Source: a virus
Lineage: Duplodnaviria; Caudoviricetes
Length of the DNA stretch: 64,000 nt
Virus record (IMG/VR): IMGVR_UViG_2561511114_000002
Span: 18,294-82,293 of that record
Reading direction: 5' to 3' (one strand)
Shown: positions 40,736-50,294 of the stretch, piece by piece
Position numbering within the stretch: position 1 is the stretch's first letter
How the letters are laid out: every line of letters begins with the position of its first letter
The notes under the pieces: model-generated
Told to the model about the DNA's origin: nothing
The model's database searches: none
Seen by the model: the letters and a program-made list of their open reading frames with translations, nothing else
Position numbers and translations under genes: made by a program

Positions 40736-40939
40736 TCAGGTGAGCTGCGACAGCGCGTATCCGGCCAGGCCGGCGAGGCTGTTGCCAGCGACGATGACGG
40801 TGATGACGCGGTTCAGGCTGGTGTCGCCCCGGCTGTGGGCGCGGCGGGCGGGCTTGCCGCTGTCGGTGACGGTTCGGGTTTGGGTCGCGGGCGTGGCGGA
40901 GGGTCGGATGGTGGCGGCGGGCAAGGCGTCAGTGGTCAT
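40736..40939 (-). CDS. Small protein with C-terminal hydrophobic segment
   Basis: GGAGG RBS. Confidence 0.5.
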   Translation of the reverse strand: MTTDALPAATIRPSATPATQTRTVTDSGKPARRAHSRGDTSLNRVITVIVAGNSLAGLAGYALSQLT

Positions 40940-40971
40940 CGGTCAGTCCTCCCAGTGACGGTCGTCGGCGA

Positions 40972-41181
40972 TCAGGTGACGCGCGCCGCATGACGGGCGT
41001 CAGCGTCACGGGTGACGGTGCGGGCGATGTGACGGCGCTGTGGGCGGGCTGACGCTCCGCCCGCCAGTACGGCGTCAGCGTCGATGCCGGTGGCGGCCAC
41101 GTCGTGGAGGTCGCCGGCGGGGTGACGGCCGTAGCGGGTCGAGATGACGGGAAGCGCGAGGGCGTCAGTCACGTCCGTCAC
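40972..41181 (-). CDS. Small hypothetical protein
   Basis: Overlaps the upstream gene end; TGACG-rich. Confidence 0.4.
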   Translation of the reverse strand: MTDVTDALALPVISTRYGRHPAGDLHDVAATGIDADAVLAGGASARPQRRHIARTVTRDADARHAARVT

Positions 41182-42721
41182 CTGCCGTCAGCTCGGCCAC
41201 GATCCGGTCGTGTTCGGCGCGCAGGATCTGCTCGGCGTCCGCGACGGCCAACTCAGCCAGCCACTTGGGCCGGTTGGTGCGGGCCGCCGACTCGGCGCCT
41301 TCCACCGCCTCAGCCATCCATGTGCCGGCCGGCTCCACACCGAGAGCCATGCAGAGCAGCAGAAATACCTTCATGCCGTCCCGCTTGCTGCCGCCGCCGT
41401 CGACTACCTGCCGGGCCTTCTTGGCGGCGTAGCCGCGGACCTGGTTGACGGTCCAGTCCCGGAATCGCTCGTCGATGAGGTCGCGGCTGAGGGGGCGGAC
41501 GGCGGTGACGTCAGTACGGGTGCGTTTGACGGTGACGTTGCTGCTGCTGGCGGTTGGAGTGACGGTGTCGGTGGTGGTGGCTTCGGTGACGGGTGCGACG
41601 GTGGTGACGGGCGTCTGCGGGCGGCTGACGGTGACGGTGGGCGTCTCCACGTCGCCGTCACTGCTGGCGTCACGGTGGGGCGTCTGCGTCGGTTCGACGT
41701 CGATGATGTGACGGTGCCGGTCGGCGTCACCGGGCGGGATCTGCGTCACCTTCGCCCAGGCGTCACCGGTGACGGCGTCAGGCTTTGTCGCTTCCACGAT
41801 GCCACGCACGATCGACAGGCGGCGCAGCAGCTGCGCCCGGACGTCCGGGTTCTCGGCGAGGTCGATCCACTTGCAGGCGGCCTGCGTCTGCCGCATCACT
41901 CGCCAGCCGAGCCACGCGATGTAGAGGCGCTTGATGCGGCCCGGCTTGGGGTTGGCGCGGGTCGTGTTGTGGAAGTGGTTGAGCAGCCGGGACAGCCGAT
42001 CCATGCGGCGCAGGGTGGCGACCTCGGACACGCTGATGCTGGCTGGTTCCGCTAGGCCGAGGGTGACGGCGATTCGACGCCACGGGATGCCGCGGCTGGT
42101 GGGCGGCGGGTACTTGCCGGGGTTGCGGTGGTGCAGGATGTCCCGCTGCTCGATCAGGCTCTCGTACCACATGTAGGCGGCGACACCTGCGGCGGCGATG
42201 CGGAACAGGCGCAGGTCGGTGCTGTCGGCGTGGACGGCGGAGAGGCTGGCGGAGATGCCGGCGAGGACGAACACGGCCCGGTGGGCGCGGCCGAGGTCGC
42301 CGTGGCGGTAAAGGTGGCGGGTGGCGCGGCGGCTGGCGTCGAAGATGCCGAGTTCGATGAATGCGAACAGGACGAGCCGCAGCGTCCAGTGGATTCCGAT
42401 GACCTCGGTGAAGAACTCCCACATGCCGAGCGCTACGACGACGGTGGCGATGGTGGCGACGATGCGGGTGATGGCCCGGTCGGCGGCGGTGAGGTCGTCG
42501 GCTTTGCGTTCGGTGGCGGGTTTGCGGCGGCGCCGCAGCAGTTTGACGGCGAGGATGCCGCCGAGGGCGATGGCGACGGCGGTCATCGTGTTGTCGGAGT
42601 TGTTGAACCAGGTGACGGCGTTGTCGGTGAGCGGGTCGAGCCAGCCGCGCGTGCCCGGGGTGTAGGGCTCGTCAGACACCTGCACTCCGGGGTCGATGTA
42701 CGTGACGGGCTGCATGGTCAC
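41165..42721 (-). CDS. SpdB/DUF2637-like multi-TM protein with Thr-rich linker
   Basis: About five TM helices followed by a low-complexity linker; AGGAGG RBS before GTG at 42721. Confidence 0.65.
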   Translation of the reverse strand: MTMQPVTYIDPGVQVSDEPYTPGTRGWLDPLTDNAVTWFNNSDNTMTAVAIALGGILAVKLLRRRRKPATERKADDLTAADRAITRIVATIATVVVALGMWEFFTEVIGIHWTLRLVLFAFIELGIFDASRRATRHLYRHGDLGRAHRAVFVLAGISASLSAVHADSTDLRLFRIAAAGVAAYMWYESLIEQRDILHHRNPGKYPPPTSRGIPWRRIAVTLGLAEPASISVSEVATLRRMDRLSRLLNHFHNTTRANPKPGRIKRLYIAWLGWRVMRQTQAACKWIDLAENPDVRAQLLRRLSIVRGIVEATKPDAVTGDAWAKVTQIPPGDADRHRHIIDVEPTQTPHRDASSDGDVETPTVTVSRPQTPVTTVAPVTEATTTDTVTPTASSSNVTVKRTRTDVTAVRPLSRDLIDERFRDWTVNQVRGYAAKKARQVVDGGGSKRDGMKVFLLLCMALGVEPAGTWMAEAVEGAESAARTNRPKWLAELAVADAEQILRAEHDRIVAELTAGDGRD

Positions 42722-42916
42722 CGGCCCTCGCCTCCTCTGGTTGGGGTTCGCGTTCTCCACTAGACCGTGCCATAGTGCGAACAGTTCGACAAGCTAGAAC
42801 AGTGCGAACATTAGCATGACTTACACGGAGAGGCATCTATGAACACAGCGGTGATCGCGAACACCGGGAACGGTGGGTACGCTCACCGCAAAATCCAGCG
42901 GCGGAGAGCAGGGGCG

Positions 42917-43183
42917 ATGGGGGACGACGACAACCGCGACGAGGTCGCCGAGCTTGAAGCCCGAGTGCGTGCCGGCGAATGGTTGAAAACCGGGCCGGTC
43001 GCGGTCCTGCTCGGCATGGGGCGCACCAAGGTCCACACGCTGGTGAAACAGGGAGTGATCGGGCATCGGAAGATTCCCGGCGCCCCGCAGAAGCCGCAGC
43101 GGGAGTGCAACCCGAAGGATGTGTTGCGCCTACTGGAGGAGGCTCGACGCGAGTTCCACGGCGAGTCTGAGGATCCGCGCTGA
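42917..43183 (+). CDS. Small HTH (excisionase/MerR-like) protein
   Basis: WLKTGPVAVLLGMGRTKVHTLVKQG; divergent from the transfer operon. Confidence 0.7.
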   Translation: MGDDDNRDEVAELEARVRAGEWLKTGPVAVLLGMGRTKVHTLVKQGVIGHRKIPGAPQKPQRECNPKDVLRLLEEARREFHGESEDPR

Positions 43184-43361
43184 GCCATGTCCACTCCCCT
43201 GCCGGCACGCTGGTGCGCTGTCGGGTTGAGCGTGGTCGGGCCAGCAGCCCGCTGGAACGCCATCTACGCACCGTCGGCCTGCCAACCGGTCCGCATTGGG
43301 GTGCGCCCGGTCATACGCTGGGGTGTGGATGGTGCTGCGCTGACCTACGGGGGCGGAAACG

Positions 43362-44768
43362 ATGACCACCACCACGGATGAGACGAATCGGCTTCGCGTG
43401 CTACGGGAAGCGTGTTCGTTGACACAGCGGGAGGTCGCGGACCGGCTTGGTCCGGCTGTGACTGAGGCGCATGTGGGTCGGTGGGAGCGCGGGGAGGTTG
43501 CCCCGTCGCTGCGGTATCGGCGGCTATTGGCGGGGGTGTTCGGTGTGAAGGTGGCCGACCTCGGGTTGCCTGCCACTCCCCCGGCGCCGCGTCCCAGGTC
43601 GAGCGTAGAGGACTGGTTTGTGGCAGATGAGCAGGATTCCCGGGTGGTGGAGTCGCAGGATCGTTGGCGGGCCACCCGTGCCGCATTGAACGCCAACCGG
43701 CACCAACTAGCCCAGGTGGCGGCCGGGTTGTATCCAGACCGGCAGCTGGCGGACACGGGGCTGATCGCCGGTGAGGGATGGATTCCGGACGGCCCGGTCG
43801 ATCTGTCTGCGGTGAAGCTGATGGAGGTTCCTGACGCGCCGCTGTCGGTGTTGGATGGGTCGGAGCGTGAGGCGGCTCGGCTGCTGCCGGATCAGTCGCT
43901 GATGCGCCCGTTTCCGAGGTACACGACGGCGGTGCGGGATTTGGCGAGGCCGCGCCTGTTTGAGGACCGGCACGCCTGGCGGCTTGTTGGTGTTGACTGG
44001 TCGGCGGGTTCGCTGGCGTTCGGGGATGGCACGTACTTCGGGTTCGCGGACGTGTTCGAGTCGCTGGCGCACGAGCTGGCCTACGTGGCGCTGGATGCGG
44101 ACGGGCGGCCGGTGCCGGTTCCGTCGCTGCGTGACCTGCCGTTCCGCCGTCTGGTCGGCTCCCCGTTCGACCTCGGCCGGCGTCCGGTGATGCCGGCCGT
44201 GTCCACCTTGACCATCAGGCGTGACGGGGATTCGGCTGAGTTTTTGATGCACCGCCGTGACCCTCGGGCTGTGGCTGCCGCTGGGGGCATGTTGCAGGTG
44301 ATCCCGTCGGGGATCTTCCAGCCGTCGAGTCTGCTGCCGGCCGCTCGCGCCGCCGACTTCGACCTGTGGCGCAACATTCAGCGGGAGCTTGCCGAGGAAC
44401 TGCTGGGCATGCCGGAGGCCGACGGACACGGCCGTCCGGTCGACTACACGTCGGGCCCGTTCGGGGTGCTCGACGAGGCGCGCGACGCGGGCCGGGTCCG
44501 GGTGTGGTGTCTGGGTGTGGCGTTGGATGCGCTCACGCTGGTTGGGGAGATTCTGACCGTGCTGGTGGTCGACGCCGACGTGTTCGACCATCTCGCCTAC
44601 GACTTCGTGGACCGTAACGACGAGGGCCAGGTGGTGGCGGAACGGTTTCCGTTCACGGCTGAGGGTGTGCGGGGGCTGCTCGGGTCTGGGCGTGTCGCCC
44701 CCGCTGGTGCCGGTTGTTTGGACCTGGCTTGGCGGTGGCGGGACATGCTGCTACCACAGCAGCGGTGA
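43362..44768 (+). CDS. XRE-HTH protein fused to a large NUDIX-like domain
   Basis: LTQREVADRL...VGRWERG; QVIPSGIFQP...RELAEELLG. Confidence 0.78.
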   Translation: MTTTTDETNRLRVLREACSLTQREVADRLGPAVTEAHVGRWERGEVAPSLRYRRLLAGVFGVKVADLGLPATPPAPRPRSSVEDWFVADEQDSRVVESQDRWRATRAALNANRHQLAQVAAGLYPDRQLADTGLIAGEGWIPDGPVDLSAVKLMEVPDAPLSVLDGSEREAARLLPDQSLMRPFPRYTTAVRDLARPRLFEDRHAWRLVGVDWSAGSLAFGDGTYFGFADVFESLAHELAYVALDADGRPVPVPSLRDLPFRRLVGSPFDLGRRPVMPAVSTLTIRRDGDSAEFLMHRRDPRAVAAAGGMLQVIPSGIFQPSSLLPAARAADFDLWRNIQRELAEELLGMPEADGHGRPVDYTSGPFGVLDEARDAGRVRVWCLGVALDALTLVGEILTVLVVDADVFDHLAYDFVDRNDEGQVVAERFPFTAEGVRGLLGSGRVAPAGAGCLDLAWRWRDMLLPQQR

Positions 44769-44802
44769 TGACGGGCTGCATTGATCCCTCTACTCTGCGC
44801 AC

Positions 44803-45216
44803 ATGAGACTTCGTCATGCCATACCGGCGGCCGGGGCAGCCCTCACCCTCGCGCTTACCGGCTGCTCTACCAGCTACGAGGATCGCCGCGACTACCTGCG
44901 GACAGTCGCCGTGCGGGGCGCCGAAACCCACTCGCTGATCGCAGCATCTGAGGGAAGCCCTGACGCAGAGCGGTGCAAAGCTGCGCATCATGCGATGAAC
45001 GATGACGCCCCTGGTGACGGTGGAACTGTGATGGATGAGAAGGAGTGGAAGACGGCAGTGGAGGCGTTTTTCGTGGATTCGTGCGTTTCGGGGAAGCCGA
45101 AGGAGTTGCCGCCGCTGGGTCCGCCTGCTACGCCCGTGCCGCCGTCTGAGACGCCGCCATCGCCTACGTTGCTACCGTCGGAATCTGCTGCGGTGGATCC
45201 GCCCGCAGGCGGGTAG
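44803..45216 (+). CDS. Lipoprotein
   Basis: Lipobox LTGC after a hydrophobic core; Pro-rich tail. Confidence 0.75.
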   Translation: MRLRHAIPAAGAALTLALTGCSTSYEDRRDYLRTVAVRGAETHSLIAASEGSPDAERCKAAHHAMNDDAPGDGGTVMDEKEWKTAVEAFFVDSCVSGKPKELPPLGPPATPVPPSETPPSPTLLPSESAAVDPPAGG

Positions 45217-45446
45217 CAGCTATGGCGAACGGAGCCCCGGCCGGTCATCCGGTCCGGGGCTCAATCGTGCAGTTGTCGGTGATGTTGTGAAAGTCCGGGG
45301 CGGTCACTCTTCCTCCGCTCGCAGGTCGTTGAGTTCAGTTGCGATCCTCGCAGCGTTCGCGTTCGGTGGTCGGCGAGTGCCAGCCCGGCTGCGCTGATGA
45401 GGTGGGGCCTGCCGGCAGGCCCCACCTCATCGATAGACGCGTAGCG

Positions 45447-45677
45447 TCACTGCCACCCGCCGTCCGATACGACGACGGTGCGGGACACCATCCGCCCCTG
45501 GATGCCACGCCCTGACAGCAGTTCCGCAAGGTAGCGCTCGGCGCGCTCGCGGTCCGGGGCGGGTGTCAAGTGGGTGCCGTAGATCCCCTCGAATTCGATG
45601 CCCCAGGCCGTGTACGTCCCAGCGGGTAGCCGCCGGATCCCGTCGAGGATGTCCTGGGAGGTGATCTGGTCGGACGT
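45447..45677 (-). CDS. Small hypothetical protein with apparent ACG start
   Basis: AAGGAG 6 nt before an in-frame ACG. Confidence 0.45.
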   Translation of the reverse strand, partial: TSDQITSQDILDGIRRLPAGTYTAWGIEFEGIYGTHLTPAPDRERAERYLAELLSGRGIQGRMVSRTVVVSDGGWQ

Positions 45678-45739
45678 ATCCCGCTCCTTTGTGGTGAGGT
45701 TTCGTGTGGTGGTGGCGGACCCGCGCGGCGGCACTGGCC

Positions 45740-46063
45740 TCAGGACCAGTCGACGTCCGCGCCTCGCTCGACCGCCCAGACGGCCAGGTCGTGCAGTTCG
45801 GCCAGTCGGTCGGCGAGGTAGCCGGGTCGACGTGCCCCTGACGTCCAGCGCCCGTCGACCACTTCGGGTCGTCCGGCACCATCCGTGGTGGTGTCGATCA
45901 AGGCGAGGGCGAGTAGTACGCGGCCCAAAAAGTCCGGGCCGGTGGTGGTGCCCCAGTCGCCGTCGAAGGTGAGGCCGAGCAGGTCAAAGACCTGTGCGGC
46001 GTTGCCGTTGGCCATGTTGACCTTCGGCGATCCGGCGGCGTTGGGGGTGATGGTGATGGACAT
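45740..46063 (-). CDS. Hypothetical protein
   Basis: GGGAGG RBS; first gene after the promoter at 46193-46221. Confidence 0.68.
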   Translation of the reverse strand: MSITITPNAAGSPKVNMANGNAAQVFDLLGLTFDGDWGTTTGPDFLGRVLLALALIDTTTDGAGRPEVVDGRWTSGARRPGYLADRLAELHDLAVWAVERGADVDWS

Positions 46064-46192
46064 GGGGCCTCCCTGGGTGGGTTGGGTGTTCGCGCTGCCC
46101 TTCGCGCCCCGTGGCGCTGGGGTGGCCCCGATGTCCCGCTCGCGCGGGTCCGCTGTGGAGTTGTGTTCACCCGTGTCACCGGGCATGCCTTG

Positions 46193-46234
46193 ACATTACC
46201 CTAGGGTGCTAGATATATCAATACCCTAGGGTAT
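46193..46234 (-). promoter_or_regulatory. Sigma70-type promoter with two palindromic operators
   Basis: TTGATA-17-TAATGT on the minus strand; ACCCTAGGGT at 46198-46207 and within 46221-46234. Confidence 0.7.
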
Positions 46235-46235
46235 T

Positions 46236-46502
46236 TCACTGCTCCTGACCTGACACCCGCTTCCGATGCCGCGAAACCGCCTTGTTCACCGCAGCGACAG
46301 AATCGCCCAGGTCGGCCGCCACCTCGGCATACGACCGGTCACGCGTCGCCTGATGCACCGCCGCATCAGCGGTCACCGACAGCACCCGCTTCGCCTCATC
46401 GATCAGATCGCGCGCCTGCCGTGCACGCGCGGCAGGCGGCTTCTTGGGCAGGCTGGCAATCAGCTCGGCAAGCTCCGTGGCGTTCATCGGCTTCTCCATC
46501 AC
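46236..46502 (-). CDS. Small HTH regulator
   Basis: SYAEVAADLGDSVAAVNKAVSRH. Confidence 0.72.
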   Translation of the reverse strand: MMEKPMNATELAELIASLPKKPPAARARQARDLIDEAKRVLSVTADAAVHQATRDRSYAEVAADLGDSVAAVNKAVSRHRKRVSGQEQ

Positions 46503-46548
46503 CCTACGGTAGTAGGAATCACTCTAGAGTGGTAGATGTGCGGGAGAG

Positions 46549-46863
46549 CTACCCGCCGAGGGGCACGTCAGCCCACGCCACGGTGAGCGTCGACCCGTCT
46601 CGCATCACCGTGTACGTGCCGTCGCCCACCTCCACCACCCACCAGCCCTTACCGTGGCCGGCGATCTCGACGGTGACTGGCTCGTTCGCCGCGAGCTGGG
46701 CGCTGATGCTGGCAGCCTGCTCGGCACCGCCGCGAGGTGTGGTCCGGCGGCACCCCGATTCAGCGGCGGGTGTATCCGGGTGACCGGCCCCTGTGGGCTG
46801 GTCGTGCGGGTCAGGGCCGATTGACTCTGCGGAGGGGGCACTGGTGACGGTGGGGGCAGTCAT
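46549..46863 (-). CDS. Hypothetical protein
   Basis: GAGGAG RBS; ATGA overlap. Confidence 0.55.
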   Translation of the reverse strand: MTAPTVTSAPSAESIGPDPHDQPTGAGHPDTPAAESGCRRTTPRGGAEQAASISAQLAANEPVTVEIAGHGKGWWVVEVGDGTYTVMRDGSTLTVAWADVPLGG

Positions 46864-47345
46864 CGCTCCTCGTCCCAGGTGTAGGTGGCGGTGGCGGCCA
46901 GGTCGTCGGCGAGACACAGCAGCATCTCCGCGGCGGCCGTGACGCTCACCCGGTCGGTGGCGGTGACGTCGGCCGGGGTGTTGTCGAAGAGCGCCGCGCG
47001 GGCAACCTTGATGCCTGCAACGATGTCGGTCAGCGGTAGCTGACCGACATCGTTGAACCAGGAGTCAAGGAGCTGTTTCGCCGTCGCGTAGGCGCCGCAG
47101 ACGCCCTTGGCCCAGGCGTGCCCGTACGGGTCGCTGTGCTCGGTGCGGTCCGTCTCTTGCAGCGCGGCCGTGCCTCGGGTGGCCCAGTCGTCGCGGATCT
47201 GCTTCGGTGAGAGCACCTGGCGGCCGTTGATGATCAGGTGGCCGGTGTAGGACACCACCGTGCCGTGCCGGTCGCTGCTGATAGTGGAGCGGCCGGTGGC
47301 GCGGATGCTGACACCGGCCAGCGTCGGGAAACGGCAGGTCGGCAT
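46860..47345 (-). CDS. Hypothetical protein
   Basis: GGAGG RBS; TGATG overlap. Confidence 0.55.
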   Translation of the reverse strand: MPTCRFPTLAGVSIRATGRSTISSDRHGTVVSYTGHLIINGRQVLSPKQIRDDWATRGTAALQETDRTEHSDPYGHAWAKGVCGAYATAKQLLDSWFNDVGQLPLTDIVAGIKVARAALFDNTPADVTATDRVSVTAAAEMLLCLADDLAATATYTWDEER

Positions 47346-48086
47346 CACACACCTCCGTTCAACACGGCGGTAAGCAGGTCCCGGTGGGCCGGAAACACCA
47401 CGCCGCCGTGCAGCACGTCGAGGTGGGTCAGCAGGCAGTCGTAGTCGTCGGCGGGAAGCCAGTCGGCGCGGCGGGCGTCGTCGGCGCCGGCTAGCGGGGG
47501 CAGCTTGGGCGGCCGCCCGTAGTCCAGGTGCACCGGGACGGTGACCATCCACGCCTCATCGTTGCGATCCCTGGTAGGGGCGATGAGGACCGATGAGGAC
47601 CGGGACGGTGACCATCCACGCCTCGTCAGAGGCGCGGGGATCGGGCACGAGCCGCGCGGGCAACGCGGCGAAGTGCCCGCGCCCGAACGGAAGCCTGAGG
47701 CCGGTTTCTTCGTGGAGCTCTCGGATGGCGGCCCACACCGGCCCCTCGCCGGGGTCGACACACCCGCCGGGCAGCGCCCACCCGTGGCCGTCGGCGCGCT
47801 CGATCATCAGCAACCGAGGGACGCCCTCGGAGTCGACTGCGGTGACGATGGCGTCAGCGCAGAGCTGTTCGCCCCAATGCCCGAGCTGGTTCCGCCCGTA
47901 CCGGATCCCCGTGGACTCACCCGGGTTGACCGGCCGCCCGTCAACGACCTCGAAGGGAATCGCCGCGCGGGCTTGCCTCTCGGCCCAATCGATCTCGGTC
48001 GGGTCCATGATCGGATCCGCCCACGCCTCACCAGCGGCGATGGCGGCCAGGACGGACGGGTGGGTAAAAGTTCGGTCAGTGCTCAC
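47345..48086 (-). pseudogene. NUDIX hydrolase split by an internal duplication/frameshift
   Basis: NUDIX box GGCVDPGEGPVWAAIRELHEETG; C-terminus (GADDARRADW) lies in another frame after duplicated DEAWMVTVPV. Confidence 0.75.
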
Positions 48087-48287
48087 GGCTACCTCCGGTC
48101 GGGGCGGTCGGATGGGCGGAATCCGGCATCAGTGATTGGGTTTCGTTATCGCGGGTGGGGCAGTTCTGCGGACAGACGTCCACGGTGGTGTCGGTGTCGC
48201 ACACGCACACGGCCGCCGGGGGCTGGTAGCGGACCCGGCGGGGGCGACGGCCGTACGATGCCGCCCCCGCCTGAAAGTCAGCCCGAC

Positions 48288-48488
48288 TCATCGCTGCCGC
48301 CACTCGGGGGAGCTGCCCCGCGAACTCGTCCGCCAGGCCATGCCGTCGCTGGCGGCCTTCACCTGCGGCGTCGCTTTGAGTGCCTTTCGTGCGGCTTCCA
48401 GCCGCTGCTGGTTGGCGGGGGTCGGGTTGTTGTTGGCGTCCCGTTGGGCGTGCAGGAACGCGTCTGCCTTCTGTTTGAATAGGTTCAA
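48288..48488 (-). CDS. Small helical protein
   Basis: AAGGAGG RBS before TTG. Confidence 0.55.
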   Translation of the reverse strand: MNLFKQKADAFLHAQRDANNNPTPANQQRLEAARKALKATPQVKAASDGMAWRTSSRGSSPEWRQR

Positions 48489-48623
48489 GGTCGGCCCCTC
48501 CTTTCGGAGGTGTGGGTCGGCCACCCCTGCGGCGCTCGAATCGCCGTGTGGGGTGATCCTCTGGTTGGGGATCGGGGCGGGGTGCGGTCGGCTTGTCGAG
48601 GGCGTGACCGCACCCCGCCGGCT

Positions 48624-48761
48624 TCACTTACGTCCGGTGTTGCCGCCGTTGAGGGCGGTGTCGACGGCGGTGGTGCGCTTCGATGGGGGAAGGTCGGCGG
48701 TGGCGCGGATCGTCTGCCCGACCTGCTGCGCCCGGTCACTGCTGCTGGTGTTCTTCGCCAT
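48624..48761 (-). CDS. 45-aa micro-protein
   Basis: GAAGGAG RBS; MAKNTSSSDRAQQ. Confidence 0.5.
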   Translation of the reverse strand: MAKNTSSSDRAQQVGQTIRATADLPPSKRTTAVDTALNGGNTGRK

Positions 48762-48845
48762 GTGTTACTCCTTCGTTGAGGGGTGGTCGTTCGCGTCTGC
48801 GGCGACCCCGCGCGGGCCGGTGGTGCACGATCCGGCCCGGCAGGC

Positions 48846-49106
48846 TCACATCGCAGATGGGCGGGTGGGCTGCCGCGCGGGCTCAGGCTTGTCGGCCCGC
48901 CACTGCCGGAAGTTGCGGGCGTACACCCAGCCGTAGGCGGCGCAGGAGATGAGGAATCCCCACTGGCGGGTGTGGACCGCGTAGGCGAGCCACAGGGCTT
49001 GGGCGCCGATCCCGACAGCCCACCCCCACGAGCTGCGGCGGCCGGCGAGGTACAGGCCGGTGACGCCGACGGCGGTGAGCAGCCACGACCACAGTTGCGG
49101 GTTCAC
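48846..49106 (-). CDS. Small multi-TM protein (PnuC-like)
   Basis: WSWLLTAVGVTGLYLAG...WGW..G...Q.LW..Y. Confidence 0.7.
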   Translation of the reverse strand: MNPQLWSWLLTAVGVTGLYLAGRRSSWGWAVGIGAQALWLAYAVHTRQWGFLISCAAYGWVYARNFRQWRADKPEPARQPTRPSAM

Positions 49107-49155
49107 AGGCAGGTCCGCGCGGTGCGGGCAAGGTTGGCGTGCGGGTGGGCGCGCA

Positions 49156-49356
49156 TCAGGCCGGCTGCTCTTCGCCGTCGGGAAGGGGGGTCAGGCCGAT
49201 GACGACCACGTTGCTGAGTCCCTGTGTGGCCGCGATCTGCTGGCTGATCGTTACAAGGTCGTCGGCGGTGGTGATGGTGCGTAGCGTCCGGAGGATGCAG
49301 TTGCCGAAGCCGCTGCTGCTGCCGGCCACGTGGCTGTAGGCGACGAAGTAGCGCAT
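49156..49356 (-). CDS. Small hypothetical protein
   Basis: GGAGGG RBS; MRYFVAYSH. Confidence 0.6.
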   Translation of the reverse strand: MRYFVAYSHVAGSSSGFGNCILRTLRTITTADDLVTISQQIAATQGLSNVVVIGLTPLPDGEEQPA

Positions 49357-49422
49357 GTTGCCCTCCAAGGGTTGATTTGCTGTGGTTCCCTGCCTGCTGT
49401 GACGCGGGTTAACGGCCGGCGC

Positions 49423-49557
49423 TCACTCGTCCGGGTCGGGCAGTTCGTCGCCGGCGTGCACGCCGGCGACGAAATCGCCCGGGTCCACGTTTTCGGCGCA
49501 GTCGATGCACCACGCCTCACCCGGCACGGCGAGAACCACCCGGCAGGCGGTACACAT
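49423..49557 (-). CDS. 44-aa Zn-finger-like micro-protein
   Basis: MCTAC...WCIDC; TGATG coupling. Confidence 0.5.
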   Translation of the reverse strand: MCTACRVVLAVPGEAWCIDCAENVDPGDFVAGVHAGDELPDPDE

Positions 49558-49718
49558 CAGCGCCAGCCCATCGAGGCGTTGATGGCGGACCGGCGGGCGG
49601 TGCCACGGCCGGCCCGCACCCGAACGGTCTGCCGTTCCCCGTCGGCGCCGCGGATAGTGCGGGTCGGGCGGATCTCGGTGGTCGTGTGGCCGATGGTGAC
49701 TGAAGCGTTCGTGAACAT
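49557..49718 (-). CDS. Small basic protein
   Basis: GGGAG RBS; MFTNASVTIG. Confidence 0.5.
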   Translation of the reverse strand: MFTNASVTIGHTTTEIRPTRTIRGADGERQTVRVRAGRGTARRSAINASMGWR

Positions 49719-49922
49719 GAGGATTTCTCCCTGGATTCGGGGGTGCCTTCGGTGGCGGCCCCGGGCACGGAATCGGGGTACGGGGCCGCCCGATCTGCTA
49801 CTTGCTGCTGCTGTTCTTGCGCAGGCCGTCGCGGATCCGCTCCACCTCGACGGCGTTACGGTTGTCCTTGTCCCGCTGCTGCCGGTCCCGCTGCGCGGCC
49901 AGCGATCGCACCTCACCGGCCA

Positions 49923-50294
49923 TCACTCGACCCCGGCCGTGGCGTGGGGTAGGGCGGTGGGGGCAAGCCACGACCCGAGCAGCAGCACCGCGTTACCGGC
50001 CTTACCGCCGTCCAGGTGGGCGACCCGGGAACCCACCTGCACCGACACCTGCGGCACCGGCCGGTCTGCGTCCCGATCGAAGGTGACGGTCACCTTCACT
50101 CGCACACCGGCGGGGTCGGTGACGGCCGTCGACATGACACACGGGCCGTCGTGGTGGCGGCGGTGGCACCACAGCGGGTGTGTGCCGTGGTCGGCCGGCA
50201 GCTCGTCGCGGCTGGTGGGCTTCAAGTCGTCGTAGCTGGGCGAGTCGTTGCGGGTCTCGTGTCCTGCGCGGACCCGAGCCCACCAGGCGTTCAC
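49923..50294 (-). CDS. Hypothetical protein
   Basis: Coupled; HPLWC..HHDGPC. Confidence 0.6.
   Translation of the reverse strand: MNAWWARVRAGHETRNDSPSYDDLKPTSRDELPADHGTHPLWCHRRHHDGPCVMSTAVTDPAGVRVKVTVTFDRDADRPVPQVSVQVGSRVAHLDGGKAGNAVLLLGSWLAPTALPHATAGVE

Noticed and set aside
43187-43381. 64-aa ORF between the HTH and XRE-NUDIX genes
   Set aside because: No motif and weak RBS evidence; cannot support it as a gene
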